Shown here: piece by piece, positions 27,064-36,667 of the stretch | Layout: each line of letters begins with the position of its first letter | Numbering within the stretch: the first letter of the stretch is position 1 | NCBI GenBank assembly: GCA_963832375.1 | Contig: CAWHUA010000007.1 | Coordinates: forward strand, 37,069-101,068 | Source: Vicinamibacterales bacterium | GTDB lineage: Bacteria > Acidobacteriota > Vicinamibacteria > Vicinamibacterales > JAMQPK01 | Reading direction: 5' to 3' | Length of the DNA stretch: 64,000 nucleotides | Position numbers and translations under genes: made by a program | The notes under the pieces: generated by a model | Seen by the model: the letters and a program-made list of their open reading frames with translations, nothing else | Database searches by the model: none | Told to the model about the DNA's origin: nothing

Positions 27064-30000
27064 ATGCGCCGCGATTCGCTGTTGGTTGTGCTGTGCTGCA
27101 TCGGTGTCTGGACGCTGTCGACCATGGTGGCTACCGCTCAGATCGCCGCGACGTCCACGGTTCGTGGCGAAGTTGCGGACTCCAGTGGAGCTGCTCTGCC
27201 GGGGGTCTCCGTGACGGCGACGCTCGTGAGCACGAAGGGTGACTACCGCACGGTCACGAATCGCGAGGGCTCATATGTCCTGACCGGGCTCAGGCCAGGC
27301 GAGTACATCGTCACATTCGAGCTGGCCGGTTTTTCCAGGCTCGATCGCGCGGGAGTCCGCCTCGAAGTCAACGAGCAGGGCCGCGTCGACGTGGTCATGC
27401 AGGTCGGTGCCCTCAGCGACGCGGTGACGGTCGTGGGCAACTCATCGGTTGTGCAGACCTCCAACGCGACGCTCCAGACGGTCGTGGACTCGCGACGCCT
27501 CGTGGATCTACCTCTGAATGGCCGCCAGGCGCTGCAGTTGCAGGCGCTGACGCCCGGGGTGGTGCAGGTCAACGAGGGGCAGGCGGCCAGTGGGATTGCG
27601 GTGAACACCCGCTTGAGCTTTTCGATCAACGGATCCCGCCCCAATGGCTCGAGCTACTACCTCGACGGCGGCATCAACATGGACATGTATAACAACCTGT
27701 CCACTTCGTTCCCGAATCCAGATGCGCTGCAGGAGTTCAGCGTGCTGGCCAACAGCTATGGCGCAAACTATGGCCGCAGCGCCGGCGGTGTGATCAACAT
27801 GGTGACGAAGTCCGGAGCCAACAACTTCGGCGGTTCGGCCTATTACTTCCGCCGCGACGATGCCCTCAACGCCAAAAACTACTTTTCGCTGACGAAGCCA
27901 GAGTTGAGCCGGAATCAGTACGGCGGCACGATCGGAGGCCCGGTGCTGCGCAACCGGACGTTCTTCTTCACCTCATATGAAGGCATGCGGGAGAAGAATG
28001 CGCGCACGCGCTCGGATATCGTGGTGCCGACCGAGGCGGAGCGTCGCGGAGATTTCTCCCAATCGCCGCTCACCTCTCCGGTGGTGGATCCGGCGACGGG
28101 CACGCCGTTTCCCGGCAACCAGGTACCCGCTAACCGGCTCGACCCGGTCGCTCTACGCTTCGCCACCGCGTTTCTGCCGCTGCCGAACGGTCCTGGCAAC
28201 ACCTACATCTACAACCGGTTAATCCCGACCACTAACGACCAGTTCGTTGTCAGGGTCGACCATACCCTGTTCGAAGGCAACCGCCTCACCGCCCGGTACT
28301 TCTACGACAACTTCGCGCGCGAGAACAACGCCGCGCTGTTGGCCTTCAACAGCGAGAATCGCTGGAGAACCAAGAACTTCACGGTCTCCGACTCGCACAC
28401 CTTCGGTTCCCGCGTCGTCAACACCGCCACGGTGACCTACGCGAAGAACCCGTTCGTCCGTTCGCCGCTGTCGACCCCGGACGCCAAGGACTGGGCGGCG
28501 CTCGGGTGTGTGTCGTGCAACCCCACGTCGCCCCCCGGCGAGCCAACCGACTGGAATGTGAACATCGCCCGAGGCCTCAACGTGCGGGTCGACACGGCGT
28601 TCCAGAGCTACATGACGAATCTGCATGTCGTCGACACCCTGAGCTGGGCCACCGCAGACCACCTGGTCTCCGTCGGTGGTGAATTCGGCCGCTTCGAACG
28701 CGAGGGTCACGAATACTTCTCGGCCGCGCCCACGTTCGCATTCGACGGATTGCGCAGCGGCTCGGGATGGGGCTACGCCGATTTCTTCCTGGGCGTGCCC
28801 CGCAGCGTCACTCAAAACAGCCCTCTCAATAGCGTCACCAGCCGCCTCAACGTGGCCGCCTACGTGCAGGACGACTGGAAGGTCGCCGACCGTCTGACGG
28901 TGAATCTCGGCTTGCGTTACGAGCCGTTCCTGCCCATCAAAGAAAAAGACAACAAGCTCAGCGCCTTCCGCGAAGGCCAGCAGTCGACGATCTATCCGCT
29001 TGCGCCGAAGGGCGTGCTGTTTCCAGGCGACGCCGGAATCGGTCGAGGGATCGTCTCGTCGCAGCAGAAGGTCGCCCCTCGAGTCGGCGTGGCGTACGAT
29101 CCGCGCGGGGACGGCAAGGCCAGCGTCCGCGCCGCCTACGGCGTGTTCTACGACACCATTCGGCTGGTTGCCCTCAACACGAACAACCTCAACCAGCCCT
29201 TCACCCTGGGCGTCACGTCATTCGATCCGTTCAGCCTCACCAATCCCTACCTCGGCAAGGAAGCCACGCTTGCGCTGCTCCAGGGGTACACGTCGCCCAG
29301 CCCTGGCTCAGAGGCTACACGGAGCTTCTTCCTGCCCGTCCGGGCCAATTCGATCGACCCGAACTTCGAGCCCCCGTTGACCCATCAGTGGAATGTCAGC
29401 GTGCAGCGGGAACTGCCGCTGCAGTTGACGGCGACGATCGCCTACGTTGGGACGCGCGGCCGCCATCTCCTTGTCGGGCAGGAGATCAACCCGGCCGTTT
29501 ACATTCCGGGGGCCTCGACCGCCGGCAACGTGGACGCACGGCGGATTCACCAGGGCTTCCAGTCTATCCAGAACACCCAATCCACGGGCCGTTCCGACTA
29601 CGACGCGCTGCAGTTCAGCTGGAACAAGCGTTTCTCGCGTGGATGGTCCGTGCTCGGCTCCTATGTGTTCTCCTCGTCGAAGGACATCACCTCGAACGAT
29701 GGCAACAGCGGAACCGGCAACAGTTCCTCGAACCCTCGCGATCCAGAGGCAGACTACGGGCCATCGGACTTCGACGTACCGCACCGCGTCGTCGCGTCCT
29801 TCATCTGGGAGCTGCCGTTCTTCAATAGTGGCAACGGGGCAGCCCGCGCTTTGCTGGGCGGGTGGCAGGTGAACGGCATCGTGACGATGCAGTCGGGCAC
29901 GCCGTTCTCGCCGATGGCCGGCCAAAACCGCAGCCTGGTCGGCGGTGGGGGAGACCGGGCGGACCTCATCGGCAACGCGCAGGTGTTCAGCGACCGATCG

Positions 30001-30321
30001 CAGAGCGACCAGGTCAATGATTACTTCGACACGACGGCCTTCGGCCTGCCGGCGCTCGGCACGTTCGGCACTGCCGGGAGAAATTCCCTTCGCGGTCCTG
30101 GCTACTCGAATACGGACATGACCATCCAGAAGCTGTTCCGGATGGCGGACGAGCGCGCCCTCGAGGTGCGGTTCGAGGTCTTCAACCTGTTCAATAATCC
30201 CAACTTCGCCAGTCCGAACAACCAGTTCTGTTCGAGAACCGTGGCCTCCTGCAATTTCGGCCGGCTCACCTCGGCCCGAGATCCTCGGATCATGCAGGTC
30301 GGCGCCCGATTCCGGTTCTAA
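27064..30321 (+). CDS. TonB-dependent receptor with N-terminal carboxypeptidase-regulatory-like domain
   Basis: 1085 aa from ATG 27064 (RBS AAGGAG). It has a signal peptide and the block VRGEVADSSGAALPGVSVTA..TNREGSYVLTGLRPGEY, then plug blocks (FSINGSRPNGSSYYLDG), and it ends in GARFRF. Confidence 0.85.
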   Translation: MRRDSLLVVLCCIGVWTLSTMVATAQIAATSTVRGEVADSSGAALPGVSVTATLVSTKGDYRTVTNREGSYVLTGLRPGEYIVTFELAGFSRLDRAGVRLEVNEQGRVDVVMQVGALSDAVTVVGNSSVVQTSNATLQTVVDSRRLVDLPLNGRQALQLQALTPGVVQVNEGQAASGIAVNTRLSFSINGSRPNGSSYYLDGGINMDMYNNLSTSFPNPDALQEFSVLANSYGANYGRSAGGVINMVTKSGANNFGGSAYYFRRDDALNAKNYFSLTKPELSRNQYGGTIGGPVLRNRTFFFTSYEGMREKNARTRSDIVVPTEAERRGDFSQSPLTSPVVDPATGTPFPGNQVPANRLDPVALRFATAFLPLPNGPGNTYIYNRLIPTTNDQFVVRVDHTLFEGNRLTARYFYDNFARENNAALLAFNSENRWRTKNFTVSDSHTFGSRVVNTATVTYAKNPFVRSPLSTPDAKDWAALGCVSCNPTSPPGEPTDWNVNIARGLNVRVDTAFQSYMTNLHVVDTLSWATADHLVSVGGEFGRFEREGHEYFSAAPTFAFDGLRSGSGWGYADFFLGVPRSVTQNSPLNSVTSRLNVAAYVQDDWKVADRLTVNLGLRYEPFLPIKEKDNKLSAFREGQQSTIYPLAPKGVLFPGDAGIGRGIVSSQQKVAPRVGVAYDPRGDGKASVRAAYGVFYDTIRLVALNTNNLNQPFTLGVTSFDPFSLTNPYLGKEATLALLQGYTSPSPGSEATRSFFLPVRANSIDPNFEPPLTHQWNVSVQRELPLQLTATIAYVGTRGRHLLVGQEINPAVYIPGASTAGNVDARRIHQGFQSIQNTQSTGRSDYDALQFSWNKRFSRGWSVLGSYVFSSSKDITSNDGNSGTGNSSSNPRDPEADYGPSDFDVPHRVVASFIWELPFFNSGNGAARALLGGWQVNGIVTMQSGTPFSPMAGQNRSLVGGGGDRADLIGNAQVFSDRSQSDQVNDYFDTTAFGLPALGTFGTAGRNSLRGPGYSNTDMTIQKLFRMADERALEVRFEVFNLFNNPNFASPNNQFCSRTVASCNFGRLTSARDPRIMQVGARFRF

Positions 30322-30344
30322 GAGCGTATGCTCGACGCGACGGC

Positions 30345-30626
30345 ATCGGGGCCGCGAGCTGTTCTATCTCGACGCGTCGAATGTGCTCACCGCTGTGCCG
30401 GTCAGCACATCCGAACCGACGATCAGCATCGGCAGTCCGGCGAAGGTGTTCGACACCAAATATGCTGAGCCAAATCCCTCGCCGCCATTACGACGTGTCG
30501 GCCGACGGCCAGCGATTCCTCGTGCTCAAAGCCAGCGCAACCGGCGATCCGAACGCGACGCCAGTCAGCATGGTCCTCGTCGAGCACTGGTTTGAGGAGT
30601 TGAAGCAGCGTGTGAATGGAAAGTGA
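30345..30626 (+). pseudogene. 3' fragment of a TolB-like beta-propeller (kinase-family C-terminus), frameshifted
   Basis: GRELFYLDASNVLTAVPVS...KVFDTKYAEPNPS is followed, in another frame, by RHYDVSADGQRFLVLKASATGDPNATPVSMVLVEHWFEELKQRV. This parallels the ends of the kinase paralogs (YDVSADGQRFLMMK...VVQNWLAELRRLV). Confidence 0.7.
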
Positions 30627-30649
30627 AACGAAGCCATTCTTCCGCGGGT

Positions 30650-31228
30650 TCATTGGAGCCCATCGATCTGCCGTAGCCAAGACGCGATCCGGTTCCAACT
30701 CGCGAACATCTGGTCCACCAACCTCCGCTCGCCCTTCGGGCAAGCTTCGGATGGCAAGCCAAGCGAGCTTTCCAGTAAGCGAAGGATATCCACCATAGCG
30801 GCGAAGCCGCGAAGGCGGACCGTTGGCAAGCCAACCGTCGCCACAGCCAGCCGGACGTGACTCCCAAGTGCATCGTCTACGTTCTAAAGAGTGAGAAGGA
30901 TCCGCGCCGCTACTACGCTGGGCTGACGTCGAATCTAGGTGACGAGGTCAAGGTGCGCATTCCGGTGGAGCCACCTCCGCAGGATTCGCACGGGCGAAGG
31001 CGCGCAAACGCCGCACTCCGGCACGTCCACGATCCCGAAGTAGAGCTGATTGCGCAGCATCACCCCAATCGCTTGCGACGTAAGCGGACGATGCCGGCGG
31101 TCGTCAGGCCCCACGCGTGTGCCTGATCGAGCACTTGTTGCTTGGTGAACGCCCCCGGTGGCGTACTCCTCGAATACGCGGCGCAGAAGCGGGGCCAGAC
31201 CCGCTACAATCTGCCTCGTCAGTAACCG
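30650..31228 (-). pseudogene. Serine recombinase relic (tail + core + decayed body)
   Basis: The tail ERRLVDQMFASWNRIASWLRQIDGLQ-stop is at 30650-30733. At 30950-31200, RRVFEEYATG...RPLTSQAIGVMLRNQLYFGIVDVPE matches RRVFEEYATG...RPLTSQAIGTLLRNRLYAGIVNVPE of the full-length copy. The resolvase domain is absent. Confidence 0.7.
30857..30934 (+). pseudogene. GIY-YIG nuclease N-terminal fragment
   Basis: KCIVYVLKSEKDPRRYYAGLTSNL matches the GIY...YIG N-terminal motif. The frame then runs antisense into recombinase relic sequence. Confidence 0.45.
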
Positions 31229-33967
31229 ATGGCTCTTTTCCCGGGGACGCGCCTCGGCCCATACGAGATTCTCTCCGCCCTCGGCGCCGGCGGGATGGGC
31301 GAGGTGTACCGAGCGCACGATACGTCGCTTGGGCGCGACGTCGCGATCAAGATCCTTCCCGACACCTTCGCGCACGATCCTGAGCGACTGGCCCGCTTCG
31401 AGCGCGAGGCCAAGACCCTCGCTGCGCTAAACCATCCCAACATCGGGCATATCTACGGTCTGGAGGCATCCGACGGGACCAAGGCGCTGGTGCTTGAGCT
31501 GGTCGAAGGACCGACACTCGCGGATCGGATTGCGCAGGGTCCGGTCCCGCTCGACGAGGCGCTGCCCATCGCGCGCCAGATCGCCGAGGCTCTCGAAGCC
31601 GCGCACGAACAAGGCATCATCCACCGCGACCTGAAGCCGGCCAACGTGAAAGTGCGCGACGACGGCACGGTGAAGGTGCTGGACTTCGGCCTCGCGAAGG
31701 CGCTCAGCGGAGACGGGAGCGGATCCGTCGCAACACCGCTATCGCACTCGCCCACGATCACGAACCTGGCTGGGATGACTGGCGTTGGCGTTTTGCTCGG
31801 CACGGCGGCGTACATGTCGCCTGAACAAGCAAAGGGCAGACAGGCGGACAAACGCAGCGACGTCTGGGCGTTCGGCTGCGTGCTCTACGAGACGCTGACC
31901 TGCAGGCGCGCGTTCGAAGGCGAGGATATCAGCGACACGCTTGCGGCGGTGCTGCGCGGGGAGCCGGATTGGACGGCGCTGCCCGCCGACGTCCCGCGTT
32001 CCATCCGTACGCTGCTCACGGGATGTCTCGCCAAAGACCGGCGACACCGCATCGCAGATCTGTCGACGGCGCTCTTCGCGATCGATCATCACGCGGATCT
32101 GTCGGCGTCCACTCCTGCAGTTCCGCTTGCGCCGCATGTTCCAGTCTGGCGCAAGGTGATGCTTGTCGCCATTCTGATTTTCGTCGCGATGGCCGCTGCC
32201 TATGGCGGCTGGAGGCTGAAGCGCGTGGCTCCGCCCGCGGTCGCGCGCTTCGAGATCGCGCTGGGCGCCGGTGACACGCTGACTGGTCCGTTCGCGTGGT
32301 CCCCGGACGGCACACGACTGGCCTATTCAGTCAACGACCGTCTCTATTTGCGCTCATTCGATCAACTCAACGCGACGCAAGTCGCGGGCGGCGATAGTCC
32401 TTCCCTCGCGAGCCCGAGATCGCCGTTTTTCTCACCCGACGGGCAGTGGCTCGGGTTCTGGGAAGCGGGACAACTGAAGAAAGTGTCAGTCAGCGGTGGT
32501 GCGCCGGTCACGCTGTGTACCGTACGTCCGCCGCCGTCCGGCGTGACGTGGGCCGACGACAACACGATCTTTTTCGGACACGGCGTCGGGGGAATCTGGC
32601 GGGTGTCCGGAAATGGCGGAACGCCTGAACGCATCATCGCGCTCGAGGCAGGCCAGCGTGCTCATCGGCCGCAGCTGTTGCCCGACGGCCGAACAGTGTT
32701 ATTCACGCTTGCGGCGACCGCGAATTGGGATGAGGCGCAGATTGTCGTCCAATCACTCGACAATGGAACGCGGCAGACACTCGTCGCTGGAGGCACCGAG
32801 GGCCGCTATCTGACCACGGGGCATCTCGTCTATGCGTTCGGCAACAGCCTGCTGGCGGTGCCGTTCGATGCGGCTTCCCGCTCTGTCAGCGGAGGACCGG
32901 TGCCGGTGATCGAAGGCCTGCTGCGATCGGGCCCGTACGCGTTCTTTGCGGTGCCCTCGCGTGCGGCGACGCTGGCGTACTTGCCTGCTGCAAGCCGCAC
33001 ACAGGCGCGCCGGACGCTCGTGTGGGTCGATCGCGGCGGGCGCGAAGAGACCATCCCGGCGGAGCCGCAATCGTACGTGCATCCGCGACTCTCACCAGAC
33101 GGGACACGACTCGCGCTGACCTTTCCGGACGAGAAACAGAACGTGGACATCAGGGTCTGGGAGTTTGCAACCCGAACGTGGACACGTGTCACTTCTGAAC
33201 CCGCCAACGACGGCGAGCCTGTGTGGACGCCGGACGGGCAGCGACTCATATTCACTTCGCTCCGCACTGGCGTCATTGGTCTGTTTCGCCAGGCGGCGAA
33301 CGGAACCGGCACAGCCGAACAGTTGATCGATCTCAATCGGCAAAACTCCCCGCAGCCCGCGATATCGCCGGATGGCAGACAGGTCCTTTTGCGCGACTCG
33401 GAATCGGGCAGCTCCTACGTGTTGATCGCGGACCTGGAGCCTGTGCAGCGCGGGGGCCAGACGTCTTCAAGTGGCGAGGGTAAGCCGAGGCCACTCGTGA
33501 AGACGGAGTTCGAAGAGTACAACGCCGAGATCTCGTCCGATAGCCGATGGCTGGCGTACCAGTCGAACAGGTCCGGTGCCTTCGAGGTGTACGTGCAGCC
33601 GTTTCCGGATGTGGAGAATGGTCGCTGGACCGTTTCCACGGCCGGCGGCGCCGAGCCGCTCTGGTCGCGCGACGGCCGCGAGCTCTTCTATCGCGCTCCC
33701 AGCGGCGCCGTGATGAGCGTTTCAATTGCTCCGGGATCGACGTGGAAAGCGAGCGCGCCGACACAGCTCTTCATAGCGACGTCGTACGCGCTCAGCGGGA
33801 GCGGCGACCTCAGAGGCCTGTCGCGTACATACGATGTTTCTCCTGACGGCAAGCGATTTCTCATGCTCAAAAACGCCGATGCGCCGGCCCAGACCTCCGT
33901 CGCCCCGCGGATCGTCATCGTGCAGAACTGGCATGAAGAGCTGAGGCGGCTGGTGCCGGTGAACTGA
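31229..33967 (+). CDS. Ser/Thr protein kinase - TM - TolB-like (PD40) beta-propeller, paralog K1 (intact)
   Basis: 912 aa with [23 protein letters not shown] and SPEQ. It has one TM segment (VMLVAILIFVAMAAAYGGW), then repeated xSPDG blocks (FSPDGQWLGF, LSPDGTRLAL, WTPDGQRLIF). Confidence 0.9.
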   Translation: MALFPGTRLGPYEILSALGAGGMGEVYRAHDTSLGRDVAIKILPDTFAHDPERLARFEREAKTLAALNHPNIGHIYGLEASDGTKALVLELVEGPTLADRIAQGPVPLDEALPIARQIAEALEAAHEQGIIHRDLKPANVKVRDDGTVKVLDFGLAKALSGDGSGSVATPLSHSPTITNLAGMTGVGVLLGTAAYMSPEQAKGRQADKRSDVWAFGCVLYETLTCRRAFEGEDISDTLAAVLRGEPDWTALPADVPRSIRTLLTGCLAKDRRHRIADLSTALFAIDHHADLSASTPAVPLAPHVPVWRKVMLVAILIFVAMAAAYGGWRLKRVAPPAVARFEIALGAGDTLTGPFAWSPDGTRLAYSVNDRLYLRSFDQLNATQVAGGDSPSLASPRSPFFSPDGQWLGFWEAGQLKKVSVSGGAPVTLCTVRPPPSGVTWADDNTIFFGHGVGGIWRVSGNGGTPERIIALEAGQRAHRPQLLPDGRTVLFTLAATANWDEAQIVVQSLDNGTRQTLVAGGTEGRYLTTGHLVYAFGNSLLAVPFDAASRSVSGGPVPVIEGLLRSGPYAFFAVPSRAATLAYLPAASRTQARRTLVWVDRGGREETIPAEPQSYVHPRLSPDGTRLALTFPDEKQNVDIRVWEFATRTWTRVTSEPANDGEPVWTPDGQRLIFTSLRTGVIGLFRQAANGTGTAEQLIDLNRQNSPQPAISPDGRQVLLRDSESGSSYVLIADLEPVQRGGQTSSSGEGKPRPLVKTEFEEYNAEISSDSRWLAYQSNRSGAFEVYVQPFPDVENGRWTVSTAGGAEPLWSRDGRELFYRAPSGAVMSVSIAPGSTWKASAPTQLFIATSYALSGSGDLRGLSRTYDVSPDGKRFLMLKNADAPAQTSVAPRIVIVQNWHEELRRLVPVN

Positions 33968-36667
33968 TGACGCTGATTCCGGGTACGCGCCTCGGCCCGT
34001 ACGAGATTGTCGCCGCTCTCGGCGCCGGCGGGATGGGTGAGGTGTACCGCGCCCGCGACACGAAACTCGATCGCGCGGTCGCGATCAAGATCCTCCCCGA
34101 ATCCTTCGCGCACGATCCGGAGCGGCTCGCCCGCTTCGAGCGGGAAGCGAAGACGCTCGCCGCGCTGAATCACCCCAACATCGGCGGCATCCACGGCCTT
34201 GAAGAATGCGAGCGGCGTGCACCGCCCTCGTGATGGAGTTGGTCGAGGGCGAGGATCTGGCGCAGCGCATCGCGCGAGGCGCGATCCCGCTCGACGAGGC
34301 GCTCGCCCATCGCGCGGCAGATCGCGGACGCGTTCGAGGCCGCGCACGAGCAAGGGATTATCCACCGCGATCTCAAGCCAGCCAACGTCAAGGTGCGGCC
34401 CGATGGCACGGTGAAGGTGCTGGATTTCGGCCTGGCCAAGTCGCTGGAGCCGGCTGGCGTCGTCGTCGAGCGTCTCGCAGTCACCGACGATCACGACGCC
34501 CGCGATGACTCAGGTAGGGTCATTCTGGGCACCGCCGCCTACATGGCCCCGGAGCAGGCGAAGGGAAAGCCGGCGGACAAACGCAGCGACATCTGGGCGT
34601 TCGGCTGCGTGCTCTACGAGATGCTGACCGGCGCGCGCGCCTTTGCCGGCGAGGATGTCAGCGACACGCTGGCGGCCGTGCTGCGGGGTGAGCCCGATTG
34701 GCGCTCGTTGCCGGCCGAGACACCCGCGTCGATTCGGCGATTGCTGCGGCGCTGTCTCGAGAAGGATCGGAAGCGCCGGCTCTCGGATCTCGCCGATGCG
34801 CGGCTGGAGATCGAGGACGCCTTGACGCCGCCGGCGTCCGACACACCGCCGATGCCAACAGCCGGTACGCGCGAACGCATGGCGGCGCGCGGCAATGATT
34901 GCTGCCGCCGCTCTTGTCGTCGGCGGCGCGGCGCGGGCATCGCCGTCTGGATCGCGATCCGCCCTGCTCCGGCGCGGATGGTGCGAACGTCGATCCAGAC
35001 GTCGGGCGCAACGGCGCTCGTGACGAACCCGGGAGCGGCAGGCAGTCTCGCCATCACGCCCGACGGCTCACGGATCGTGTACACCGCGGCCGGCCAGCTC
35101 GTCGTGCGTCGCCTGGATCAATTCGAGCCGGACGCGCTCACTGGTCTGGGCTCGCCCACGCAACCGTTCATCTCCCCCGACGGTCAGTGGGTGGGATTTT
35201 TCGACGGGATGGTTCTCAAGAAGGTGGCGATTACCGGCGGGCCGCCGGTGACGGTGGTCCAGGACAATACCCCCAGCGGCGGGCCCTTGGGCGCCACCTG
35301 GAGTGCCGATGGCACGATCGTGTACGCAGGGGCCATCGGTGGTGGATTGAGACGGGTCGCGGCCGCGGGCGGTCAGGCCGAAACGCTGACGACGCCCGAC
35401 CGAGCGCAAGGTGAGGTCAGACACGTCTGACCCGAGTTTCTGCCGGACGGGCGGGCGTTGCTCTTCACGATTTTTTACGCGATTCCGGGGCCCGAGGGCG
35501 CCCGGATTGCGCTGTTGGACTTGGCGACCGGCGCAACGATCGTGCTGCTCACTGGGACCCACGCGCGGTATCTGCCATCGGGCCACCTTGTGTATGGAAC
35601 GGAGGGCACGCTCCGCGCGGTCGCGTTCGACCTCGAGCGGCGGGCCGTGGTCGGAGCCCCAGTGCCGCGTTCTCGCCCCGGTAGCCAGGCACCAGAGCCA
35701 GGCACGTATGAGTACGACGTAGCCGACAATGGGACGATCGTGTACCTGGCGGAGAACATCGCGTCGCCGGCCACACGCACGCTGGTGTGGGTCGATCGGC
35801 AAGGCGGTGAGACGCCGCTCGGCGCCGAGGCCCAGCCTTACGTCCACCCCCGGCTGGCGCCCGACGGCACGCGCGTGGCCGTCCTCAATGCCGGAAATAT
35901 CTGGATCTGGGATCTCGCGCGCGCGAGGCTGACCGCCGGAACGCTCGACGGTGGCGACCATTTCGATCTGGACACCCGACAGTGCGCGTCTCATCTTCAG
36001 CTCGATCCGCGGCGGCGGCGGCGCGAATCTCTACCTGCAGGCGGCCGACGGCACCGGGACGGTCACGCGGCTGACCGACAGCCCGAATACCCAGCACCCG
36101 ACCGGCTTCACATCTGATGGCACGCAGGTCGTCCTCAACGAATCGACGCCCACCCAGCAGGGAGACATCCGGCTGCTGACGCTGACCCCGACGCCGCAGG
36201 TGACGCCGCTCGTCGAGACGCGCTTCGACGAGCGGGGCGGCGTCGTGTCCCCGAACGGCCGCTGGCTGGCGTACGAGTCCAACAGGTCAGGTGCGTACGA
36301 AATCTACGTGCAGCCCTTTCCCGTCGTGGATGGCGGTCTGTGGCCGGTCTCGACCGCCGGCGGATCGCAACCGCTCTGGGCGCGGAGCGGGCAGGAACTG
36401 TTCTATGTGGCGCCCGACGACGCGTTGATGACGGTGGCGGTGGAGGCGCGGGGATCAGTCTGGTCGGCCGCCGCGCCGGCCCGACTGCTCGAGGGACGGT
36501 ACTTCAGCGGTGGGCGGGGGACCACGGTGCGCCAGTATGATGTCAGCGCGGACGGGCAGCGATTCCTGATGATGAAGGAAGAAGCGAGAGACAACGACGC
36601 GGCTCCGACGATCAACGTCGTGCAGAACTGGCTAGCGGAGCTGAGGCGGCTGGTGCCGGTGAACTGA
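33967..36667 (+). pseudogene. Kinase-propeller paralog K2, multiply disrupted
   Basis: It has the same architecture as K1. Frame breaks lie near 34222, 34306, about 34450, 34517 and 35961, and there is an in-frame TGA at 35428-35430 (GEVRHV-stop-PEFLPDG). It shares start/stop overlaps with K1 and K3. Confidence 0.75.

Larger units (their letters stand above)
24470..30724. mobile_element. Putative older element relic (unit X): beta-helix protein, TonB-dependent receptor, propeller fragment
   Basis: It is bounded by core copies at 24456-24469 and 30709-30724. A decayed recombinase body lies at its left end and a recombinase tail at its right end. Confidence 0.35.

Noticed and set aside
35428-35430. 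In-frame TGA in K2 considered as selenocysteine or other recoding.
   Set aside because: There is no SECIS-like hairpin immediately downstream, the paralogs have an ordinary residue at this position, and the same gene carries several frameshifts.
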